A DNA stretch of 64,000 nucleotides from Thermoanaerobaculia bacterium (GTDB taxonomy: Bacteria; Acidobacteriota; Thermoanaerobaculia; Multivoradales; Multivoraceae). Of this stretch, positions 56,592-64,000 are shown in pieces; within the stretch, counting starts at the first letter, position 1; every line of letters begins with the position of its first letter. The DNA lies in contig OY761158.1 of NCBI GenBank assembly GCA_963664405.1, positions 5,472,001-5,536,000 on the forward strand. Reading direction: 5' to 3'. The translations under genes were made by a program, and so were the position numbers. The notes beneath the pieces were generated by a model that searched no databases, was not told the DNA's origin, and was given only the letters and a program-made list of their open reading frames with translations.

Positions 56592-59500
56592 TCATTGCTG
56601 CGGTCTCGGTTCGAGCAAGCTCTCGATGGTGTAGAGCTTGCCTCCCTTGATCGTGGCGCGGACTCGCATCGCATCGCTGACCCGGGCGAGAGGATCTCCA
56701 TCGACCAGGATCAGGTCCGCGACTTTGCCGACTTCGATGCTTCCTAGGTCCGAGTCGACCCCGACCGCTTCCGCTGCCCACAGAGTCGCTGCTCGGAGAG
56801 CCTGCCAAGGCTCGAGGCCGGCGGCCTCGAGAAGCTGTATCTCGACGTGAAGACCGAAGCCGTAGGGCACGAAGGGCGAGTCGGTGCCTGCGGTTACCCT
56901 GCCGCCCCGTTCTACGATCGCCTTGACTGTTTCTCCCATGGACCGACAGCGCGCGATCAGCGACGGCCCGCCGGGTCCGAGGCTCGGGGGGAGACTCGCC
57001 GAGCCTCCCGACTCTGAGTAGAAAGCCCGATACTGGCGGTTCTCGAAGATCTCGCGATTCTGCGAGGTGTGGACGAAGTAGCAGGGGAGAACCAGGGTCG
57101 GGGTCAGGTTCATTCCCGAGCTGGCCAGGAGGTCGACGACATCTCCGTAACTGCGGCCAAGGGCGGTGATCTTGGGCGAATAGCCCCGTCTGCTGGTGCC
57201 TCCCAGGTGCTCTACCGCATCGACACCGTAGGAGACTGCCGGGTAGATTTCGTGGGAAGAGATCGGAATGCCAAGCTCGTGGGCGAGGGCTGCCACCCTC
57301 TTTTGATCCAGGTCGGGCAGTCGGACGTAGGTCTTGACCAGGTCGTACTCGAGCCTCTGGGCCCGCTCGAGGGCGTAGGCGAGATGAGCGAGGGAGTCGG
57401 TGCCTTCAGTAGTGGTGTAGTAGACGCGATTGCCATCGAGATGGTACCCGGTAACGAAAGCCCGGGGCCCGGTTCGTCGCCCGCTCGCCCAGGCCTCTCG
57501 GCGCTCGGTGGCGTCGTAAGCATCGCCTCCAGGCTCCCGTACCGATGTAATGCCGAAGGCGAGCCAGATGCGGCCCCCCCGCTCCCCCGAGGAAGCGTTC
57601 TGGTGAGCGTGCATTTCGAACAGTCCAGGCATCGTAACTTGGTCGCTGGCGTCGATCGTGCCGGCGTCGTGGAGGTCGCTTCGGTGGGCCTCGATCGCGG
57701 CGATACGACCGCCCTCGATGATGATGTCGACGTTCTCTCGATAGTCCGGATTGAAGCCGTCGAAGAGGCGGCCGGCATGAATGACGCGCCTTCCGAGGCT
57801 TCTCTCGGGTCGCCAAGTGAGTGCGATGGGGAGGCCTTCGCTCCAGCCTTTGGACAGTTCGAGTCGGCGCAGGCGGCCGGCACTGAGATAGACAAGGGTC
57901 GAGGCGTCGCCGCTCCAGCTCGGCCAGTCGACAGGGTCCTCAGTGACCCGTCGAAGCTCCTCTGGGAGGCCCGAGTCCGGGTCGATCTGCGCAACGTAGA
58001 GCGACCCGTCCGCAACTACCGCCAGCTTGCTCCCGCCCGGGGAGAAGACAGCCTTGGAAAGCGAGTGATCGAGTCCGAGATCCAGGGTCCTCCCGCCGGC
58101 CTCGACAGTGTCGATGAGAAGAACTCGATAGTGCCCTTCGCGAAAGCGGGAGGATTTTGGTACCAGAGCGGTCACCGCAAGGGTATGGTCTCCTCTTGCC
58201 CATGAGATCTCGGTCGGAGAGATCCCGTGCCAGGGGACGGTTCGCGCTTCGCCCGAAGCGAGGTCGAGAACCTTGAGCCTGACGCCGGTCGAGCCACGCG
58301 GATCACCGCCGAAGAAGGCGACTCTGTCGCCCTCGGGAGAGATCGATGGAAGGGTGGCACCGCCCGGTTGGTGGGAGATCATGCGAGCCTCGGCACGGCC
58401 AAAGTCCCAAAGCCACAGGTCCAATACCCCACCCCCGCCACGATCGCTGAGGAACAGGAGGCGCTCCCCGTCCGGGAACCAGCGGGGGTGGATCTCGACA
58501 AAGTGGTCTTCGGTGATGCGAGTTACGGCACCATCGTCCTCCCGCACCCAGAGATCCCCGACGGCGACGAAGGCCACTCGTCTGCCGTCAGGAGAGGGGG
58601 AGGGGTGGAGGATGCCGCGAACCGATCGCGGCTCGCGGGTGTCGAAATCGCGTCTTCGCCTGGGGTAAAAGGGGCGGCTGAGGCTGACCTCGGCGCGAAA
58701 CGGTTGAACGGTCCGCTCGTCGTTGCCGATGCGAGCCTTCTTGATCACTCCGTCGGCGGTGTAAAAGTAGTCCTGGGCCGAGCTCCAAGATGCGCGAAAA
58801 GGGAAGACGTCTTCGCCGGGGAGGCTGAGGCGGTCGGTCTCTCCCGACACGAAGTCAACGGAGAGAAGCTCGCTGACGCCTTCACGTGAGTGAAGTAGCT
58901 GAAGGCTCACTCGGGATCCGGACTTATCCCACGCCGGCGCTGCGGCGACGCCTCGGGTCTGGTGAAGTAGGCGAGGCCGGTTGGTGCCGTCGAGACCTTC
59001 GAGGAGGTATAGGCCCGGAGGCTCTCGTGCCGAGACGAAGGCGATGTGCTCGCCGTCGGGGGAGATGGCTGGGCTGTGGTCGTTGGCGGAGTCGGAGGTG
59101 ATGCGATTCAGGTCCCCGGATTGCAGGTCGACTGCCCATAGGTCGTAATTGCCGCTTCGATCCGAAGAGAAGACGATGAAAGCCCCGTCAGGGGTAAAGA
59201 AAGGTTCGCGATCGTCGTCGTGGCCGGAGGTGATCTGGCGCAGGCCGGTCCCATCTCGCTCGACTGTCCAAATGTGCCAGTTGCCGTCTCGGTAAGACTG
59301 AAACGCCAGCGCGCGCCCGTCCGGCGACCAAGCGGGTTGGCGGTCGTCTCCGAGACCGTCGGTCAGAGCGACGCCGCCACCACTGGGAATCGAGACCCGC
59401 CACAGAGTCCCCTGCAGGTCGATAACGATCTCTTCGCCGTTGGGTGAGACTGCGGCGGCGAGGTTCGTACCCTCGGTCAACTCCACCGCAATGTGCTGGG

Positions 59501-59735
59501 CGAGGGTAGCGGCGCAGAACAGGATTGGCGCCATCGCGGCGAGACCTGCTGCAAGTCGCACTAGACCAGCGTTTCCAAAGTTCGTGTTGCATAGCTCGAG
59601 GTCATTCTGTTCGCTGGCCAGGCGCGGCGACGCAGGCATATTGGGCAATATGTCGAGGAGGCGAAACGACGCCAGCGGGCAGAAGGGGCCGAGATGTGTG
59701 CGCGAACTTTGGAAACGCTGGTCTAGGTTCCTCAT
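56592..59735 (-). CDS. TolB/PD40-repeat + amidohydrolase protein; 54-aa MITE-derived in-frame insertion in the signal peptide
   Basis: WSPDG/PD40 repeats; PGLFEMHAH, GTDSP, GSIEVGKVADLILVDGDPL. Confidence 0.88.
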   Translation of the reverse strand: MRNLDQRFQSSRTHLGPFCPLASFRLLDILPNMPASPRLASEQNDLELCNTNFGNAGLVRLAAGLAAMAPILFCAATLAQHIAVELTEGTNLAAAVSPNGEEIVIDLQGTLWRVSIPSGGGVALTDGLGDDRQPAWSPDGRALAFQSYRDGNWHIWTVERDGTGLRQITSGHDDDREPFFTPDGAFIVFSSDRSGNYDLWAVDLQSGDLNRITSDSANDHSPAISPDGEHIAFVSAREPPGLYLLEGLDGTNRPRLLHQTRGVAAAPAWDKSGSRVSLQLLHSREGVSELLSVDFVSGETDRLSLPGEDVFPFRASWSSAQDYFYTADGVIKKARIGNDERTVQPFRAEVSLSRPFYPRRRRDFDTREPRSVRGILHPSPSPDGRRVAFVAVGDLWVREDDGAVTRITEDHFVEIHPRWFPDGERLLFLSDRGGGGVLDLWLWDFGRAEARMISHQPGGATLPSISPEGDRVAFFGGDPRGSTGVRLKVLDLASGEARTVPWHGISPTEISWARGDHTLAVTALVPKSSRFREGHYRVLLIDTVEAGGRTLDLGLDHSLSKAVFSPGGSKLAVVADGSLYVAQIDPDSGLPEELRRVTEDPVDWPSWSGDASTLVYLSAGRLRRLELSKGWSEGLPIALTWRPERSLGRRVIHAGRLFDGFNPDYRENVDIIIEGGRIAAIEAHRSDLHDAGTIDASDQVTMPGLFEMHAHQNASSGERGGRIWLAFGITSVREPGGDAYDATERREAWASGRRTGPRAFVTGYHLDGNRVYYTTTEGTDSLAHLAYALERAQRLEYDLVKTYVRLPDLDQKRVAALAHELGIPISSHEIYPAVSYGVDAVEHLGGTSRRGYSPKITALGRSYGDVVDLLASSGMNLTPTLVLPCYFVHTSQNREIFENRQYRAFYSESGGSASLPPSLGPGGPSLIARCRSMGETVKAIVERGGRVTAGTDSPFVPYGFGLHVEIQLLEAAGLEPWQALRAATLWAAEAVGVDSDLGSIEVGKVADLILVDGDPLARVSDAMRVRATIKGGKLYTIESLLEPRPQQ
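59561..59726. mobile_element. 162-bp palindromic MITE, copy 3 (in frame within CDS)
   Basis: CTAG at 59561 and 59723; TIR ACCAGCGTTTCCAAAGTTCG at both ends. Confidence 0.9.
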
Positions 59736-59850
59736 CTTTGCTCAAGTGTAGCGCCACGCCGTGGCTGCGCTCCGGAGGAGCGTGTGGCAAGATCGTTCAG
59801 GACGGCACAACGGCATACGCGCGGCGGTGTCAAAGAGGAGGTCAGGACGG

Positions 59851-60291
59851 ATGCGATATCTACACACCATGATTCGGGTTACCGATGTGGACGCTTCGCT
59901 GGATTTTTATTGTGGCAAGTTGGGGATGACAGAAGTGCGCAGACATGAGAGTGAGGCTGGACGGTTTACGCTCATTTTCTTGGCCGCGTCGAAGGACGCC
60001 AGCGCCGGGAGGGAGCGCGGGGCACCAACTCTCGAGCTGACCTATAACTGGGACCCTGAGCCCTATGCGGGCGGACGTAACTTCGGCCACCTTGCTTTCG
60101 AGGTCGACGACATCTATGCTTTCTGCGAGCGGCTTCAAGAGGGTGGGGTGACGATCAACCGTCCGCCGCGCGACGGTCGCATGGCTTTCGTACGCTCCCC
60201 CGACAACATCTCGGTCGAGCTGCTTCAGGCCGGCGATGCACTTCCGACGCAAGAGCCCTGGGCTTCGATGCCCAGCGTCGGAGAGTGGTAG
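59851..60291 (+). CDS. gloA: Lactoylglutathione lyase (glyoxalase I)
   Basis: [40 protein letters not shown]. Confidence 0.92.
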   Translation: MRYLHTMIRVTDVDASLDFYCGKLGMTEVRRHESEAGRFTLIFLAASKDASAGRERGAPTLELTYNWDPEPYAGGRNFGHLAFEVDDIYAFCERLQEGGVTINRPPRDGRMAFVRSPDNISVELLQAGDALPTQEPWASMPSVGEW

Positions 60292-60305
60292 AGCGCGGTC
60301 CTCGG

Positions 60306-61144
60306 CTACATCTTGGCGATGACCTCGTCGGCGAAGCGCCTGAGTCCGTCGGGGGCCATCGGGGGCACGGTTACGCGGGAGACTCCGAGATCGGCCATCC
60401 GGCGCAGATGCTCAGAGGGGCCGCCTCCGGTGGTGATCTCGAGAGCATCAGGGTCTCGTCCCGCGTCGCTGGCCGCAGCTTTCGCTACCCGGATGAGCTC
60501 GGCCAGCTCCAGCGCCGATCCTTTGACCGGAAAAAAGCCGTCGCCCAGCTCGCCCGCTCGCCGTGCCGCCCTCTTAGTGTGGCCGCCGATGACGATGGGC
60601 ACCAGCCCCTGAGCCGGGCGCGGGCGCGAGTAGACATTCTCGAAAGAGACGAACTCTCCTCGGTAGGTCGAGCAGTCGTCGCCCCATAGGGCTCGCAGCG
60701 CTCGAATGTGATCGTCGGTTCTCGCGCCACGTCGCTCGAAGGGCACGCCGAGGGCCTCGAACCATCTTTCAGCCAGCCCACGCCGACGCCGAGGGTCACT
60801 CTTCCTGCCGACAGTTTGTCGAGTGTCGCCACTGCCTTGGCGGTGACGACGGCATTGCGTTGAGGCAAGATGAGGATGCCGGTAGCGAGACGGATCTTCT
60901 TGGTGACGGCGGCAACGTAGGACAGCCAGATCAGAGGGTCAGGGATGTCGAAGTCTTCCTGCCCGCCCGGCATCTTTCCGCTGGCGTCATAGGGGTAGGT
61001 CGAGGTGTATCCACTCGGGACCACGACGTGCTCCACCGTCCACAGAGATTCGAATCCGCATTCCTCGGCGGTGGTGGCGAGGGCGATGGCGTTGGCTCCT
61101 TCGACGAAAGGGCCGGTGTTGGCGAACATGATGCCGAACTTCAA
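60306..61144 (-). pseudogene. LLM-class F420-dependent oxidoreductase, frameshifted near 60762
   Basis: N-half ends GVGVGWLKD; FEALGVPFERRGART continues in another frame; one base missing relative to GAT GAG TTC. Confidence 0.8.
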
Positions 61145-61243
61145 GGGGCTTCCTCCCAGATGTAGGTTGATGGAGCGGAGACGTCAGTATCCTATTCCGT
61201 GAACTGAGCCCCCGCCGCAGTCGCGGGATAGAATGCGTCGCCC

Positions 61244-64000
61244 GTGCGCTGCCCTTCCTGCCAGGAGATCAACTCGGCGGGCGCGACCCGCTGCGGTCGG
61301 TGTGGCAGCCGCTTCGAGTGGGAAGCGCCTGAGACTCTCGCCGACGGCGTCCCGGCAGGTCTTGACCTCGACGCCCGGCTTGGCGAAAAGAAGCACGGAC
61401 TTCCTATTGACGAAGTCGTTTCGCTCGCCTCCGAGGTCTGCACCGTCCTCGAACAGGCCCACGCGCAAGGACGGTTCCACGGTGCACTTCGACCCAGCAG
61501 CATCCCGCTGGATGGCGACTCGACGGCGTCGGAGGAAGACGACTGGCTGAACCGACCGGCAGGCCCCACCTCCGCTCGCTTCTCTGAAATCGGTGGGGAG
61601 GCCGCTCGCTACTTGTCTCCGGAGCAGGCGCTCGGTGATCCTCCTGACGCCGGATCCGATCTCTACGCCCTCGGCGCTACCCTGTACGCGATGGTCACCG
61701 GCCAGCCGCCCTTCAGGGGTAGCACGGCGGTGACGGTGATCTCGCAGCATCTCCATACTCCTCCAGTGGCCCCTCGTTGGCATCGCCCCGACCTTCCCGA
61801 GGGCCTGGACTCACTGATTCTCGACCTCCTCGCCAAGGACCCTCAGGCCAGACCCGCTTCGGCGGCCGTTGTGAGTGGACGGCTCCGGGCTCTTCGCGCG
61901 ATCTCGGTCACTGCGCCGAGGTCTCCTCTAGCGGAAACCGATACCCTCTTGGATCGGCTCGCGTCCGGGGTGTTCGTGGGTCGAGAGGAGGAGGTCGCGA
62001 GACTGTGCTCGAGTCTCGACATCAGTCTCGGAGAGCGTTTTGGTGTCGCTCTCCTTGTTGGTGACGCCGGTGTCGGCAAGACGCGAATGGCAGAGGAGCT
62101 TGGGACCTATGCTCGAATGCGAGGGGTCGAGGTGCTGTGGGGTCGGTGTGGTGAAGGGGAAGGGGCGCCGCCGTTCGGCCCCTGGGTCGAGATCTTGCGC
62201 TCCTATGTCGGCGACCGTGAGGCGCACGAGCTGGTCGCCGATCTGGGAATCGGCGCAGGCGATATTGCCGAGCTCGTCGCGGAATTGCGCGACGCTCTTC
62301 CGGGCTTGGCGCCGCCACCGCGTCTCCCTCCGGAGCATGCCCGTTTTCGCCTTTTCGAGAGTGTGGTCGGGCTCTTGCGCAACGCCTCCAAGCGTAGACC
62401 TCTGACACTCGTCCTCGACGATCTTCACTTGGTCGACGAATCCTCTCTTCTTCTATTCGAGTTTCTACTTCGCGAGATCGGACCAGCTCGATTGCTGGTC
62501 GTTGCCACTTGCTGTCGTGAGAGCGTCGGCGACCGCGAAACCCTGAGGCGGATCCTGGACGATCTGGACGGCAGGCAGGAGGTGGAGAAGATCGAGCTCG
62601 GCGGGCTCGAGGTCGGCGATGTCGGGCACTTCCTACGCGACACCACCAGAGTCGAGTGGCCGCAAACCCTCTCGGACGCGGTCTGGGGCGAGACCGACGG
62701 CAACCCCTTCCATCTTCACGAGGTGGTGCGCCTATTGGCTGAAGAAGGACGGATCGACGCGCCGTCACGAGGAGGCTCGAGCCTTCAGCTACCTGAAGGG
62801 GTATTTGGAGTCTTAGCTCGCCGCCTCAGTCACCTCTCGAGTCCTTGCCGGGAGGTTCTCACACTCGCTTCGGTGATCGGTCTCGAGCTCGACCCGGGTT
62901 TGCTTCGACCGCCGGCCGGGACGTCTGAAAGCGGGGTGGCGGAGGCGTTACGGGAGGCGCTCGCCGCGCGCATCCTCGTCGAAGGAGCCGAGGGTCGATT
63001 CCGCTTCTCCCACGAGCTGGTGCGAGAGGCCGTCTACCGGGAGTTGACGGAGTCCGAACGTGCCGCGAAGCATCGGTCGGTGGGAGAGAGCCTGGAGCTG
63101 GCCCACGCGGGCGAGCCCGGGCCGTGGCTCGGCGAGATAGCTCGCCACTTTTCGAAGGCCGTAACGGAGGGAGATCCTGCTCGGTCGATCGCGGCCAGTG
63201 AGCGAGCAGCAGCGTGGGCAGGGTCGCGGCTGGCCTGGGAGGAAGCAGTCGCACACCTTGGGCGGGCGGTTCAGATCGTCGAGCTGTCGTCCGAGCAAGA
63301 CTCCTCGAGAGCTCGCGAGCTCGAGCGTCTGAGGGCTCTGATCTCAGTGGCTCTTTCCAACTCCGAGAAGAGTGGAGACGCCGCCCTCCTGTCTCGGATC
63401 CTGGGCGCGCGTCAGTTCGGCGTCGCGATCAGTAGCGAGAGGGACATGCTCGACGAGGGGAAGCGGATAGTCCTTCATGCCAGAGAGGAGGGGGATCGCG
63501 AGGCCGAGGCGAACGGTCTAGGCTGCTGGTTCTGGGCGGCGGTCTGGCTTTGCGACATCGAAGCAGCGCAAGAGGTGATGAAGGAGGAGAGAGAGCTGGC
63601 GAAAGAGCTGGCGACTCCGATGGCCCGCTACATCCCGCTTGCCCACGCAGCGATGCTCGCCATTCTGCAGGGCCGCTTTGCGGACGCCGAAGGGTGCATT
63701 CGAGAGTCGCACTCGGTGGCAGGTGACGATCTGGAGGAGAGCCTGGCTCGATGGACAGGGGCCCAGAACCTCGTTCTTTCTCGCCTGTCCGGCGGGTCGG
63801 TGGCTCCCGATCCGGTGTTGGCTCTTGGCGATCGCTACCCTGACTCGCCGATTTATCGCGCGTTCGTCTGCGCTGTCTATGCCGCCAACGGTGACTGGAA
63901 CGATGCTCGTCGCGATCTCGGTGTCCTCGCCGGAGAGAACTTTGCGCTCATTCCTCGGGATGAGAACTGGCTTGCTACGGTCTTATTGGCGGCCGATGTC
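61244..64000 (+). CDS. Partial: zinc ribbon + kinase C-lobe (pseudokinase) + AAA/STAND-like ATPase + helical repeats
   Basis: GTG start MRCPSCQ..CGRCG; YLSPEQ, SDLYALG, LAKDPQARP; FVGREEE, Walker A GDAGVGKT, Walker B VLDDLH, TDGNPF; start, middle and end spot-checked in one frame, running off the window end. Confidence 0.85.
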   Translation, partial: MRCPSCQEINSAGATRCGRCGSRFEWEAPETLADGVPAGLDLDARLGEKKHGLPIDEVVSLASEVCTVLEQAHAQGRFHGALRPSSIPLDGDSTASEEDDWLNRPAGPTSARFSEIGGEAARYLSPEQALGDPPDAGSDLYALGATLYAMVTGQPPFRGSTAVTVISQHLHTPPVAPRWHRPDLPEGLDSLILDLLAKDPQARPASAAVVSGRLRALRAISVTAPRSPLAETDTLLDRLASGVFVGREEEVARLCSSLDISLGERFGVALLVGDAGVGKTRMAEELGTYARMRGVEVLWGRCGEGEGAPPFGPWVEILRSYVGDREAHELVADLGIGAGDIAELVAELRDALPGLAPPPRLPPEHARFRLFESVVGLLRNASKRRPLTLVLDDLHLVDESSLLLFEFLLREIGPARLLVVATCCRESVGDRETLRRILDDLDGRQEVEKIELGGLEVGDVGHFLRDTTRVEWPQTLSDAVWGETDGNPFHLHEVVRLLAEEGRIDAPSRGGSSLQLPEGVFGVLARRLSHLSSPCREVLTLASVIGLELDPGLLRPPAGTSESGVAEALREALAARILVEGAEGRFRFSHELVREAVYRELTESERAAKHRSVGESLELAHAGEPGPWLGEIARHFSKAVTEGDPARSIAASERAAAWAGSRLAWEEAVAHLGRAVQIVELSSEQDSSRARELERLRALISVALSNSEKSGDAALLSRILGARQFGVAISSERDMLDEGKRIVLHAREEGDREAEANGLGCWFWAAVWLCDIEAAQEVMKEERELAKELATPMARYIPLAHAAMLAILQGRFADAEGCIRESHSVAGDDLEESLARWTGAQNLVLSRLSGGSVAPDPVLALGDRYPDSPIYRAFVCAVYAANGDWNDARRDLGVLAGENFALIPRDENWLATVLLAADV

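Noticed and set aside
1-64000. CRISPR array, cas genes, rRNA
   Set aside because: No regularly spaced direct repeats with unique spacers; all repeats found are dispersed palindromes; no cas or rRNA motifs seen
3510-64000. Genomic island bounded by the selC fragment
   Set aside because: No integrase or intact selC in the window, and the region contains core genes (tyrS, pfkA, tatA)

Overview
GC-rich bacterial chromosome segment, most likely Acidobacteriota. The GWxTD-like/VWA protein, Ser/Thr kinase-TolB fusion, ADOP permease remnant and DUF6152-type clusters suggest this; the taxonomy is inferred, not tested. About 55 genes include pfkA, tyrS, tatA, fabH, bioB/bioFDA, gloA, arsM-arsS, tandem pilT, a TonB receptor-PepSY pair and a PON1-like paraoxonase, plus several gene remnants. 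The most informative signals are non-coding. (1) A complete IS110-family (IS1111-group) element has a 3' non-coding region that folds into two loops. One carries guides matching both flanks of its own insertion site; the other matches its own ends (bridge/seekRNA architecture). The target is a CTAG-bounded palindrome. (2) Three copies of a 162-bp CTAG-targeting palindromic MITE keep a stop-free frame on both strands. One sits in frame in a signal peptide and one separates an RBS from its ATG. (3) Three copies of a 67-68 nt two-hairpin repeat show a compensatory base change. (4) There is a decayed 3' fragment of tRNA-Sec. Also notable are a PilT carrying an MshEN-like c-di-GMP module and an uncharacterised Cys/His/Met-rich DUF1326-DUF2182-DUF6152-like cluster. 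No CRISPR array or rRNA was seen. Product calls come from motif recognition by eye, not database searches.
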